Shown here piece after piece: positions 23,101-38,100 of a DNA stretch of 64,000 nucleotides. This DNA comes from Auanema rhodensis (taxonomy: Eukaryota > Animalia > Nematoda), in the NCBI GenBank assembly GCA_964057225.1, contig OZ059899.1, forward strand, positions 4,030,001 to 4,094,000, read 5' to 3'. The position numbers were made by a program, and so were the translations under genes. Position 1 is the stretch's first letter. Every line of letters starts with the position of its first letter. Under the pieces are notes generated by a model, which saw nothing but the letters and a program-made list of their open reading frames with translations, had not been told where the DNA came from and ran no database searches.

Positions 23101-26100
23101 ACTGATATAAGTTCACACTTATATCCTCGATTTTCACCCTGAAGAATTAATTTTTTCGTTGAATAACATTGTCCATCGTCTTTGCCTTGAAAAAAGGAAT
23201 CTAAAAACATCTACTTTTTGCTAAATTATTTTAAAATTTTTCGAAAAAATTTTTGTCAAAATGTTTTTGGAAGCAATGTTGAGTGTACATGGAAACTCAA
23301 CATACACTAATGCATCATTTTTCAAACGATCATAACTAATTTTTGTATTAAGCATTTCTCAATGTAGTATAGTGCATTCGATGCGGATTTTTAAGCTGCG
23401 TCGATCTGTGTTATCAGATTTGCGCTAGCTTAAAAATGCACCAAGATATCAACTGATATAAGTTCACACTTATATCCTCGATTTTCACCCTGAAGAATTG
23501 ATTTTTTCGTTGAATAACATTGTCCATCGTCTTTGCCTTGAAAAAAGGAATCTAAAAACATCTACTTTTTGCTAAATTATTTTAAAATTTTTCCAAAAAA
23601 TTTTTGTCAAAATGTTTTTGGAAGCAATGTTGAGTGTACATGGAAACTCAACATACACTAATGCATCATTTTTCAAACGATCATAACTAATTTTTGTATT
23701 AAGCATTTCTCAATGTAGTATAGTGCATTCGATGCGGATTTTTAAGCTGCGTCGATCTGTGTTATCAGATTTGCGCTAGCTTAAAAATGCACCAAGATAT
23801 CAACTGATATAAGTTCACACTTATATCCTCGATTTTCACCCTGAAGAATTAATTTTTTCGTTGAATAACATTGTCCATCGTCTTTGCCTTGAAAAAAGGA
23901 ATCTAAAAACATCTACTTTTTGCTAAATTATTTTAAAATTTTTCGAAAAAATTTTTGTCAAAATGTTTTTGGAAGCAATGTTGAGTGTACATGGAAACTC
24001 AACATACACTAATGCATCATTTTTCAAACGATCATAACTAATTTTTGTATTAAGCATTTCTCAATGTAGTATAGTGCATTCGATGCGGATTTTTAAGCTG
24101 CGTCGATCTGTGTTATCAGATTTGCGCTAGCTTAAAAATGCACCAAGATATCAACTGATATAAGTTCACACTTATATCCTCGATTTTCACCCTGAAGAAT
24201 TGATTTTTTCGTTGAATAACATTGTCCATCGTCTTTGCCTTGAAAAAAGGAATCTAAAAACATCTACTTTTTGCTAAATTATTTTAAAATTTTTCCAAAA
24301 AATTTTTGTCAAAATGTTTTTGGAAGCAATGTTGAGTGTACATGGAAACTCAACATACACTAATGCATCATTTTTCAAACGATCATAACTAATTTTTGTA
24401 TTAAGCATTTCTCAATGTAGTATAGTGCATTCGATGCGGATTTTTAAGCTGCGTCGATCTGTGTTATCAGATTTGCGCTAGCTTAAAAATGCACCAAGAT
24501 ATCAACTGATATAAGTTCACACTTATATCCTCGATTTTCACCCTGAAGAATTGATTTTTTCGTTGAATAACATTGTCCATCGTCTTTGCCTTGAAAAATG
24601 GAATCTAAAAACATCTACTTTTTGCTAAATTATTTTGAAATTTTTCGAAAAAAGTTTTGTCAAAATGTTTTTGGAAGCAATGTTGAGTGTACATGGAAAC
24701 TCAACATACACTAATGCATCATTTTTCAAACGATCATAACTAATTTTTGTATTAAGCGTTTCTCAATGTAGTATAGTGCATTCGATGCGGATTTTTAAGC
24801 TGCGTCGATCTGTGTTATCAGATTTGCGCTAGCTTAAAAATGCACCGAGATATCAACTGATATAAGTTCACACTTATATCCTCGATTTTCACCCTGAAGA
24901 ATTAATTTTTTCGTTGAATAACATTGTCCATCGTCTTTGCCTTGAAAAAAGGAATCTAAAAACATCTACTTTTTGCTAAATTATTTCGAAATTTCTCGAA
25001 AAAATTTTTGTCAAAATGTTTTTGGAAGCAATGTTGAGTGTACATGGAAACTCAACATACACTAATGCATCATTTTTCAAACGATCATAACTAATTTTTG
25101 TATCAAGCGTTTCTCAATGTAGTATAGTGCATTCGATGCGGATTTTTAAGCTGCGTCGATCTGTGTTATCAGATTTGCGCTAGCTTAAAAATGCACCGAG
25201 ATATCAACTGATATAAGTTCACACTTATATCCTCGATTTTCACCCTGAAGAATTGATTTTTTCGTTGAATAACATTGTCCATCGTCTTTGCCTTGAAAAA
25301 TGGAATCTAAAAACATCTACTTTTTGCTAAATTATTTTGAAATTTTTCGAAAAAAGTTTTGTCAAAATGTTTTTGGAAGCAATGTTGAGTGTACATGGAA
25401 ACTCAACATACACTAATGCATCATTTTTCAAACGATCATAACTAATTTTTGTATTAAGCGTTTCTCAATGTAGTATAGTGCATTCGATGCGGATTTTTAA
25501 GCTGCGTCGATCTGTGTTATCAGATTTGCGCTAGCTTAAAAATGCACCGAGATATCAACTGATATAAGTTCACACTTATATCCTCGATTTTCACCCTGAA
25601 GAATTAATTTTTTCGTTGAATAACATTGTCCATCGTCTTTGCCTTGAAAAAAGGAATCTAAAAACATCTACTTTTTGCTAAATTATTTCGAAATTTCTCG
25701 AAAAAATTTTTGTCAAAATGTTTTTGGAAGCAATGTTGAGTGTACATGGAAACTCAACATACACTAATGCATCATTTTTCAAACGATCATAACTAATTTT
25801 TGTATCAAGCGTTTCTCAATGTAGTATAGTGCATTCGATGCGGATTTTTAAGCTGCGTCGATCTGTGTTATCAGATTTGCGCTAGCTTAAAAATGCACCG
25901 AGATATCAACTGATATAAGTTCACACTTATATCCTCGATTTTCACCCTGAAGAATTGATTTTTTCGTTGAATAACATTGTCCATCGTCTTTGCCTTGAAA
26001 AAAGGAATCTAAAAACATCTACTTTTTGCTAAATTATTTTAAAATTTTTCCAAAAAATTTTTGTCAAAATGTTTTTGGAAGCAATGTTGAGTGTACATGG

Positions 26101-29100
26101 AAACTCAACATACACTAATGCATCATTTTTCAAACGATCATAACTAATTTTTGTATCAAGCGTTTCTCAATGTAGTATAGTGCATTCGATGCGGATTTTT
26201 AAGCTGCGTCGATCTGTGTTATCAGATTTGCGCTAGCTTAAAAATGCACCGAGATATCAACTGATATAAGTTCACACTTATATCCTCGATTTTCACCCTG
26301 AAGAATTGATTTTTTCGTTGAATAACATTGTCCATCGTCTTTGCCTTGAAAAATGAAATCTAAAAACATCTACTTTTTGCTAAATTATTTTGAAATTTTT
26401 CGAAAAAAGTTTTGTCAAAATGTTTTTGGAAGCAATGTTGAGTGTACATGGAAACTCAACATACACTAATGCATCATTTTTCAAACGATCATAACTAATT
26501 TTTGTATTAAGCGTTTCTCAATGTAGTATAGTGCATTCGATGCGGATTTTTAAGCTGCGTCGTTCTGTGTTATCAGATTTGCGCTAGCTTAAAAATGCAA
26601 CGAGATATCAACTGATATAAGTTCACACTTATATCCTCGATTTTCACCCTGAAGAATTAATTTTTTCGTTGAATAACATTGTCCATCGTCTTTGCCTTGA
26701 AAAAAGGAATCTAAAAACATCTACTTTTTGCTAAATTATTTTAAAATTTTTCGAAAAAATTTTTGTCAAAATGTTTTTGGAAGCAATGTTGAGTGTACAT
26801 GGAAACTCAACATACACTAATGCATCATTTTTCAAACGATCATAACTAATTTTTGTATTAAGCATTTCTCAATGTAGTATAATGCATTCGATGCGGATTT
26901 TTAAGCTGCGTCGATCTGTGTTATCAGATTTGCGCTAGCTTAAAAATGCACCAAGATATCAACTGATATAAGTTCACACTTATATCCTCGATTTTCACCC
27001 TGAAGAATTGATTTTTTCGTTGAATAACATTGTCCATCGTCTTTGCCTTGAAAAATGGAATCTTAAAACATCTACTTTTTGCTAAATTATTTTGAAATTT
27101 TTCGAAAAAAGTTTTGTCAAAATGTTTTTGGAAGCAATGTTGAGTGTACATGGAAACTCAACATACACTAATGCATCATTTTTCAAACGATCATAACTAA
27201 TTTTTGTATTAAGCGTTTCTCAATGTAGTATAGTGCATTCGATGCGGATTTTTAAGCTGCGTCGATCTGTGTTATCAGATTTGCGCTAGCTTAAAAATGC
27301 ACCGAGATATCAACTGATATAAGTTCACACTTAAAACCTCGATTTTCACCCTGAAGAATTGATTTTTTCGTTGAATAACATTGTCCATCGTCTTTGCCTT
27401 GAAAAAAGGAATCTAAAAACATCTACTTTTTGCTAAATTATTTTGAAATTTTTCGAAAAAATTTTTGTCAAAATGTTTTTGGAAGCAATGTTGAGTGTAC
27501 ATGGAAACTCAACATACACTAATGCATCATTTTTCAAACGATCATAACTAATTTTTGTATTAAGCATTTCTCAATGTAGTATAGTGCATTCGATGCGGAT
27601 TTTTAAGCTGCGTCGATCTGTGTTATCAGATTTGCGCTAGCTTAAAAATGCACCAAGATATCAACTGATATAAGTTCACACTTATATCCTCGATTTTCAC
27701 CCTGAAGAATTAATTTTTTCGTTGAATAACATTGTCCATCGTCTTTGCCTTGAAAAAAGGAATCTAAAAACATCTACTTTTTGCTAAATTATTTTAAAAT
27801 TTTTCGAAAAAATTTTTGTCAAAATGTTTTTGGAAGCAATGTTGAGTGTACATGGAAACTCAACATACACTAATGCATCATTTTTCAAACGATCATAACT
27901 AATTTTTGTATTAAGCATTTCTCAATGTAGTATAGTGCATTCGATGCGGATTTTTAAGCTGCGTCGATCTGTGTTATCAGATTTGCGCTAGCTTAAAAAT
28001 GCACCAAGATATCAACTGATATAAGTTCACACTTATATCCTCGATTTTCACCCTGAAGAATTGATTTTTTCGTTGAATAACATTGTCCATCGTCTTTGCC
28101 TTGAAAAAAGGAATCTAAAAACATCTACTTTTTGCTAAATTATTTTAAAATTTTTCCAAAAAATTTTTGTCAAAATGTTTTTGGAAGCAATGTTGAGTGT
28201 ACATGGAAACTCAACATACACTAATGCATCATTTTTCAAACGATCATAACTAATTTTTGTATTAAGCATTTCTCAATGTAGTATAGTGCATTCGATGCGG
28301 ATTTTTAAGCTGCGTCGATCTGTGTTATCAGATTTGCGCTAGCTTAAAAATGCACCAAGATATCAACTGATATAAGTTCACACTTATATCCTCGATTTTC
28401 ACCCTGAAGAATTAATTTTTTCGTTGAATAACATTGTCCATCGTCTTTGCCTTGAAAAAAGGAATCTAAAAACATCTACTTTTTGCTAAATTATTTTAAA
28501 ATTTTTCGAAAAAATTTTTGTCAAAATGTTTTTGGAAGCAATGTTGAGTGTACATGGAAACTCAACATACACTAATGCATCATTTTTCAAACGATCATAA
28601 CTAATTTTTGTATTAAGCATTTCTCAATGTAGTATAGTGCATTCGATGCGGATTTTTAAGCTGCGTCGATCTGTGTTATCAGATTTGCGCTAGCTTAAAA
28701 ATGCACCAAGATATCAACTGATATAAGTTCACACTTATATCCTCGATTTTCACCCTGAAGAATTGATTTTTTCGTTGAATAACATTGTCCATCGTCTTTG
28801 CCTTGAAAAAAGGAATCTAAAAACATCTACTTTTTGCTAAATTATTTTAAAATTTTTCCAAAAAATTTTTGTCAAAATGTTTTTGGAAGCAATGTTGAGT
28901 GTACATGGAAACTCAACATACACTAATGCATCATTTTTCAAACGATCATAACTAATTTTTGTATTAAGCATTTCTCAATGTAGTATAGTGCATTCGATGC
29001 GGATTTTTAAGCTGCGTCGATCTGTGTTATCAGATTTGCGCTAGCTTAAAAATGCACCAAGATATCAACTGATATAAGTTCACACTTATATCCTCGATTT

Positions 29101-32100
29101 TCACCCTGAAGAATTGATTTTTTCGTTGAATAACATTGTCCATCGTCTTTGCCTTGAAAAATGGAATCTAAAAACATCTACTTTTTGCTAAATTATTTTG
29201 AAATTTTTCGAAAAAAGTTTTGTCAAAATGTTTTTGGAAGCAATGTTGAGTGTACATGGAAACTCAACATACACTAATGCATCATTTTTCAAACGATCAT
29301 AACTAATTTTTGTATTAAGCGTTTCTCAATGTAGTATAGTGCATTCGATGCGGATTTTTAAGCTGCGTCGATCTGTGTTATCAGATTTGCGCTAGCTTAA
29401 AAATGCACCGAGATATCAACTGATATAAGTTCACACTTATATCCTCGATTTTCACCCTGAAGAATTAATTTTTTCGTTGAATAACATTGTCCATCGTCTT
29501 TGCCTTGAAAAAAGGAATCTAAAAACATCTACTTTTTGCTAAATTATTTCGAAATTTCTCGAAAAAATTTTTGTCAAAATGTTTTTGGAAGCAATGTTGA
29601 GTGTACATGGAAACTCAACATACACTAATGCATCATTTTTCAAACGATCATAACTAATTTTTGTATCAAGCGTTTCTCAATGTAGTATAGTGCATTCGAT
29701 GCGGATTTTTAAGCTGCGTCGATCTGTGTTATCAGATTTGCGCTAGCTTAAAAATGCACCGAGATATCAACTGATATAAGTTCACACTTATATCCTCGAT
29801 TTTCACCCTGAAGAATTGATTTTTTCGTTGAATAACATTGTCCATCGTCTTTGCCTTGAAAAATGGAATCTAAAAACATCTACTTTTTGCTAAATTATTT
29901 TGAAATTTTTCGAAAAAAGTTTTGTCAAAATGTTTTTGGAAGCAATGTTGAGTGTACATGGAAACTCAACATACACTAATGCATCATTTTTCAAACGATC
30001 ATAACTAATTTTTGTATTAAGCGTTTCTCAATGTAGTATAGTGCATTCGATGCGGATTTTTAAGCTGCGTCGATCTGTGTTATCAGATTTGCGCTAGCTT
30101 AAAAATGCACCGAGATATCAACTGATATAAGTTCACACTTATATCCTCGATTTTCACCCTGAAGAATTAATTTTTTCGTTGAATAACATTGTCCATCGTC
30201 TTTGCCTTGAAAAAAGGAATCTAAAAACATCTACTTTTTGCTAAATTATTTCGAAATTTCTCGAAAAAATTTTTGTCAAAATGTTTTTGGAAGCAATGTT
30301 GAGTGTACATGGAAACTCAACATACACTAATGCATCATTTTTCAAACGATCATAACTAATTTTTGTATCAAGCGTTTCTCAATGTAGTATAGTGCATTCG
30401 ATGCGGATTTTTAAGCTGCGTCGATCTGTGTTATCAGATTTGCGCTAGCTTAAAAATGCACCGAGATATCAACTGATATAAGTTCACACTTATATCCTCG
30501 ATTTTCACCCTGAAGAATTGATTTTTTCGTTGAATAACATTGTCCATCGTCTTTGCCTTGAAAAATGGAATCTAAAAACATCTACTTTTTGCTAAATTAT
30601 TTTGAAATTTTTCGAAAAAAGTTTTGTCAAAATGTTTTTGGAAGCAATGTTGAGTGTACATGGAAACTCAACATACACTAATGCATCATTTTTCAAACGA
30701 TCATAACTAATTTTTGTATTAAGCGTTTCTCAATGTAGTATAGTGCATTCGATGCGGATTTTTAAGCTGCGTCGTTCTGTGTTATCATATTTGCGCTAGC
30801 TTAAAAATGCAACGAGATATCAACTGATATAAGTTCACACTTATATCCTCGATTTTCACCCTGAAGAATTGATTTTTTCGTTGAATAACATTGTCCATCG
30901 TCTTTGCCTTGAAAAAAGGAATCTAAAAACATCTACTTTTTGCTAAATTATTTTAAAATTTTTCGAAAAAATTTTTGTCAAAATGTTTTTGGAAGCAATG
31001 TTGAGTGTACATGGAAACTCAACATACACTAATGCATCATTTTTCAAACGATCATAACTAATTTTTGTATTAAGCGTTTCTCAATGTAGTATAGTGCATT
31101 CGATGCGGATTTTTAAGCTGCGTCGTTCTGTGTTATCAGATTTGCGCTAGCTTAAAAATGCAACGAGATATCAACTGATATAAGTTCACACTTATATCCT
31201 CGATTTTCACCCTGAAGAATTAATTTTTTCGTTGAATAACATTGTCCATCGTCTTTGCCTTGAAAAAAGGAATCTAAAAACATCTACTTTTTGCTAAATT
31301 ATTTTAAAATTTTTCGAAAAAATTTTTGTCAAAATGTTTTTGGAAGCAATGTTGAGTGTACATGGAAACTCAACATACACTAATGCATCATTTTTCAAAC
31401 GATCATAACTAATTTTTGTATTAAGCGTTTCTCAATGTAGTATAGTGCATTTGATGCGGATTTTTAAGCTGCGTCGTTCTGTGTTATCAGATTTGCGCTA
31501 GCTTAAAAATGCAACGAGATATCAACTGATATAAGTTCACACTTATATCCTCGATTTTCACCCTGAAGAATTAATTTTTTCGTTGAATAACATTGTCCAT
31601 CGTCTTTGCCTTGAAAAAAGGAATCTAAAAACATCTACTTTTTGCTAAATTATTTTGAAATTTTTCGAAAAAATTTTTGTCAAAATGTTTTTGGAAGCAA
31701 TGTTGAGTGTACATGGAAACTCAACATACACTAATGCATCATTTTTCAAACGATCATAACTAATTTTTGTATTAAGCATTTCTCAATGTAGTATAGTGCA
31801 TTCGATGCGGATTTTTAAGCTGCGTCGATCTGTGTTATCAGATTTGCGCTAGCTTAAAAATGCACCAAGATATCAACTGATATAAGTTCACACTTATATC
31901 CTCGATTTTCACCCTGAAGAATTAATTTTTTCGTTGAATAACATTGTCCATCGTCTTTGCCTTGAAAAAAGGAATCTAAAAACATCTACTTTTTGCTAAA
32001 TTATTCCGAAATTTCTCGAAAAAATTTTTGTCAAAATGTTTTTGGAAGCAATGTTGAGTGTACATGGAAACTCAACATACACTAATGCATCATTTTTCAA

Positions 32101-35100
32101 ACGATCATAACTAATTTTTGTATTAAGCGTTTCTCAATGTAGTATAGTGCATTCGATTCGGATTTTTAAGCTGCGTCGTTCTGTGTTATCAGATTTGCGC
32201 TAGCTTAAAAATGCAACGAGATATCAACTGATATAAGTTCACACTTATATCCTCGATTTTCACCCTGAAGAATTAATTTTTTCGTTGAATAACATTGTCC
32301 ATCGTCTTTGCCTTGAAAAAAGGAATCTAAAAACATCTACTTTTTGCTAAATTATTTTAAAATTTTTCGAAAAAATTTTTGTCAAAATGTTTTTGGAAGC
32401 AATGTTGAGTGTACATGGAAACTCAACATACACTAATGCATCATTTTTCAAACGATCATAACTAATTTTTGTATTAAGCATTTCTCAATGTAGTATAGTG
32501 CATTCGATGCGGATTTTTAAGCTGCGTCGATCTGTGTTATCAGATTTGCGCTAGCTTAAAAATGCACCAAGATATCAACTGATATAAGTTCACACTTATA
32601 TCCTCGATTTTCACCCTGAAGAATTAATTTTTTCGTTGAATAACATTGTCCATCGTCTTTGCCTTGAAAAAAGGAATCTAAAAACATCTACTTTTTGCTA
32701 AATTATTTCGAAATTTCTCGAAAAAATTTTTGTCAAAATGTTTTTGGAAGCAATGTTGAGTGTACATGGAAACTCAACATACACTAATGCATCATTTTTC
32801 AAACGATCATAACTAATTTTTGTATTAAGCGTTTCTCAATGTAGTATAGTGCATTCGATGCGGATTTTTAAGCTGCGTCGATCTGTGTTATCAGATTTGC
32901 GCTAGCTTAAAAATGCACCGAGATATCAACTGATATAAGTTCACACTTATATCCTCGATTTTCACCCTGAAGAATCAATTTTTTCGTTGAATAACATTGT
33001 CCATCGTCTTTGCCTTGAAAAAAGGAATCTAAAAACATCTACTTTTTGCTAAATTATTTCGAAATTTTTCGGGAAAATTTTTGTCAAAATGTTTTTGGAA
33101 GCAATGTTGAGTGTACATGGAAACTCAACATACACTAATGCATCATTTTTCAAACGATCATAACTAATTTTTGTATTAAGCGTTTCTCAATGTAGTATAG
33201 TGCATTCGATGCGGATTTTTAAGCTGCGTCGATCTGTGTTATCAGATTTGCGCTAGCTTAAAAATGCACCGAGATATCAACTGATATAAGTTTACACTTA
33301 TATCCTCGATTTTCACCCTGAAGAATTAATTTTTTCGTTGAATAGCATTGTCCATCGTCTTTGCCTTGAAAAAAGGAATCTAAAAACATCTACTTTTTGC
33401 TAAATTATTTTAAAATTTTTCGAAAAAATTTTTGTCAAAATGTTTTTGGAAGCAATGTTGAGTGTACATGGAAACTCAACATACACTAATGCATCATTTT
33501 TCAAACGATCATAACTAATTTTTGTATCAAGCGTTTCTCAATGTAGTATAGTGCATTCGATGCGGATTTTTAAGCTGCGTCGATCTGTGTTATCAGATTT
33601 GCGCTAGCTTAAAAATGCACCGAGATATCAACTGATATAAGTTCACACTTATATCCTCGATTTTCACCCTGAAGAATTGATTTTTTCGTTGAATAACATT
33701 GTCCATCGTCTTTGCCTTGAAAAATGGAATCTAAAAACATCTACTTTTTGCTAAATTATTTTGAAATTTTTCGAAAAAAGTTTTGTCAAAATGTTTTTGG
33801 AAGCAATGTTGAGTGTACATGGAAACTCAACATACACTAATGCATCATTTTTCAAACGATCATAACTAATTTTTGTATTAAGCATTTCTCAATGTAGTAT
33901 AGTGCATTCGATGCGGATTTTTAAGCTGCGTCGATCTGTGTTATCAGATTTGCGCTAGCTTAAAAATGCACCAAGATATCAACTGATATAAGTTCACACT
34001 TATATCCTCGATTTTCACCCTGAAGAATTAATTTTTTCGTTGAATAACATTGTCCATCGTCTTTGCCTTGAAAAAAGGAATCTAAAAACATCTACTTTTT
34101 GCTAAATTATTCCGAAATTTCTCGAAAAAATTTTTGTCAAAATGTTTTTGGAAGCAATGTTGAGTGTACATGGAAACTCAACATACACTAATGCATCATT
34201 TTTCAAACGATCATAACTAATTTTTGTATTAAGCGTTTCTCAATGTAGTATAGTGCATTCGATGCGGATTTTTAAGCTGCGTCGTTCTGTGTTATCAGAT
34301 TTGCGCTAGCTTAAAAATGCAACGAGATATCAACTGATATAAGTTCACACTTATATCCTCGATTTTCACCCTGAAGAATTAATTTTTTCGTTGAATAACA
34401 TTGTCCATCGTCTTTGCCTTGAAAAAAGGAATCTAAAAACATCTACTTTTTGCTAAATTATTTTAAAATTTTTCGAAAAAATTTTTGTCAAAATGTTTTT
34501 GGAAGCAATGTTGAGTGTACATGGAAACTCAACATACACTAATGCATCATTTTTCAAACGATCATAACTAATTTTTGTATTAAGCATTTCTCAATGTAGT
34601 ATAGTGCATTCGATGCGGATTTTTAAGCTGCGTCGATCTGTGTTATCAGATTTGCGCTAGCTTAAAAATGCACCAAGATATCAACTGATATAAGTTCACA
34701 CTTATATCCTCGATTTTCACCCTGAAGAATTAATTTTTTCGTTGAATAACATTGTCCATCGTCTTTGCCTTGAAAAAAGGAATCTAAAAACATCTACTTT
34801 TTGCTAAATTATTTCGAAATTTCTCGAAAAAATTTTTGTCAAAATGTTTTTGGAAGCAATGTTGAGTGTACATGGAAACTCAACATACACTAATGCATCA
34901 TTTTTCAAACGATCATAACTAATTTTTGTATTAAGCGTTTCTCAATGTAGTATAGTGCATTCGATGCGGATTTTTAAGCTGCGTCGATCTGTGTTATCAG
35001 ATTTGCGCTAGCTTAAAAATGCACCGAGATATCAACTGATATAAGTTCACACTTATATCCTCGATTTTCACCCTGAAGAATTGATTTTTTCGTTGAATAA

Positions 35101-38100
35101 CATTGTCCATCGTCTTTGCCTTGAAAAATGGAATCTAAAAACATCTACTTTTTGCTAAATTATTTTGAAATTTTTCGAAAAAAGTTTTGTCAAAATGTTT
35201 TTGGAAGCAATGTTGAGTGTACATGGAAACTCAACATACACTAATGCATCATTTTTCAAACGATCATAACTAATTTTTGTATTAAGCGTTTCTCAATGTA
35301 GTATAGTGCATTCGATGCGGATTTTTAAGCTGCGTCGATCTGTGTTATCAGATTTGCGCTAGCTTAAAAATGCACCGAGATATCAACTGATATAAGTTTA
35401 CACTTATATCCTCGATTTTCACCCTGAAGAATTAATTTTTTCGTTGAATAGCATTGTCCATCGTCTTTGCCTTGAAAAAAGGAATCTAAAAACATCTACT
35501 TTTTGCTAAATTATTTTAAAATTTTTCGAAAAAATTTTTGTCAAAATGTTTTTGGAAGCAATGTTGAGTGTACATGGAAACTCAACATACACTAATGCAT
35601 CATTTTTCAAACGATCATAACTAATTTTTGTATCAAGCGTTTCTCAATGTAGTATAGTGCATTCGATGCGGATTTTTAAGCTGCGTCGATCTGTGTTATC
35701 AGATTTGCGCTAGCTTAAAAATGCACCGAGATATCAACTGATATAAGTTCACACTTATATCCTCGATTTTCACCCTGAAGAATTGATTTTTTCGTTGAAT
35801 AACATTGTCCATCGTCTTTGCCTTGAAAAATGGAATCTAAAAACATCTACTTTTTGCTAAATTATTTTGAAATTTTTCGAAAAAAGTTTTGTCAAAATGT
35901 TTTTGGAAGCAATGTTGAGTGTACATGGAAACTCAACATACACTAATGCATCATTTTTCAAACGATCATAACTAATTTTTGTATTAAGCATTTCTCAATG
36001 TAGTATAGTGCATTCGATGCGGATTTTTAAGCTGCGTCGATCTGTGTTATCAGATTTGCGCTAGCTTAAAAATGCACCAAGATATCAACTGATATAAGTT
36101 CACACTTATATCCTCGATTTTCACCCTGAAGAATTAATTTTTTCGTTGAATAACATTGTCCATCGTCTTTGCCTTGAAAAAAGGAATCTAAAAACATCTA
36201 CTTTTTGCTAAATTATTCCGAAATTTCTCGAAAAAATTTTTGTCAAAATGTTTTTGGAAGCAATGTTGAGTGTACATGGAAACTCAACATACACTAATGC
36301 ATCATTTTTCAAACGATCATAACTAATTTTTGTATTTAGCTTTTCTCAATGTAGTATAGTGCATTCGATGCGGATTTTTAAGCTGCGTCGATCTGTGTTA
36401 TCAGATTTGCGCTAGCTTAAAAATGCACCGAGATATCAACTGATATAAGTTCACACTTATATCCTCGATTTTCACCCTGAAGAATTGATTTTTTCGTTGA
36501 ATAACATTGTCCATCGTCTTTGCCTTGGAAAATGGAATCTAAAAACATCTACTTTTTGCTAAATTATTTTGAAATTTTTCGAAAAAAGTTTTGTCAAAAT
36601 GTTTTTGGAAGCAATGTTGAGTGTACATGGAAACTCAACATACACTAATGCATCATTTTTCAAACGATCATAACTAATTTTTGTATTAAGCGTTTCTCAA
36701 TGTAGTATAGTGCATTCGATGCGGATTTTTAAGCTGCGTCGTTCTGTGTTATCAGATTTGCGCTAGCTTAAAAATGCAACGAGATATCAACTGATATAAG
36801 TTCACACTTATATCCTCGATTTTCACCCTGAAGAATTAATTTTTTCGTTGAATAACATTGTCCATCGTCTTTGCCTTGAAAAAAGAAATCTAAAAACATC
36901 TACTTTTTGCTAAATTATTCCGAAATTTCTCGAAAAAATTTTTGTCAAAATGTTTTTGGAAGCAATGTTGAGTGTACATGGAAACTCAACATACACTAAT
37001 GCATCATTTTTCAAACGATCATAACTAATTTTTGTATTTAGCTTTTCTCAATGTAGTATAGTGCATTCGATGCGGATTTTTAAGCTGCGTCGATCTGTGT
37101 TATCAGATTTGCGCTAGCTTAAAAATGCACCGAGATATCAACTGATATAAGTTCACACTTATATCCTCGATTTTCACCCTGAAGAATTGATTTTTTCGTT
37201 GAATAACATTGTCCATCGTCTTTGCCTTGGAAAATGGAATCTAAAAACATCTACTTTTTGCTAAATTATTTTGAAATTTTTCGAAAAAAGTTTTGTCAAA
37301 ATGTTTTTGGAAGCAATGTTGAGTGTACATGGAAACTCAACATACACTAATGCATCATTTTTCAAACGATCATAACTAATTTTTGTATTAAGCGTTTCTC
37401 AATGTAGTATAGTGCATTCGATGCGGATTTTTAAGCTGCGTCGTTCTGTGTTATCAGATTTGCGCTAGCTTAAAAATGCAACGAGATATCAACTGATATA
37501 AGTTCACACTTATATCCTCGATTTTCACGCTGAAGAATTAATTTTTTCGTTGAATAACATTGTCCATCGTCTTTGCCTTGAAAAAAGAAATCTAAAAACA
37601 TCTACTTTTTGCTAAATTATTTTAAAATTTTTCGAAAAAATTTTTGTCAAAATGTTTTTGGAAGCAATGTTGAGTGTACATGGAAACTCAACATACACTA
37701 ATGCATCATTTTTCAAACGATCATAACTAATTTTTGTATTGAGCATTTCTCAATGTAGTATAGTGCATTCGATGCGGATTTTTAAGCTGCGTCGTTCTGT
37801 GTTATCAGATTTGCGCTAGCTTAAAAATGCAACGAGATATCAACTGATATAAGTTCACACTTATATCCTCGATTTTCACCCTGAAGAATTAATTTTTTCG
37901 TTGAATAACATTGTCCATCGTCTTTGCCTTGAAAAAAGGAATCTAAAAACATCTACTTTTTGCTAAATTATTTTAAAATTTTTCGAAAAAATTTTTGTCA
38001 AAATGTTTTTGGAAGCAATGTTGAGTGTACATGGAAACTCAACATACACTAATGCATCATTTTTCAAACGATCATAACTAATTTTTGTATTAAGCATTTC

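Noticed and set aside
15341-27151. Four identical 75-aa minus-strand ORFs (15341, 20255, 22361, 26924)
   Set aside because: They lie within satellite monomers. They appear only where one substitution (atctaaaa to atcttaaa) removes a TAG stop that other copies carry. There are no protein motifs, so they are useful only as duplication markers.
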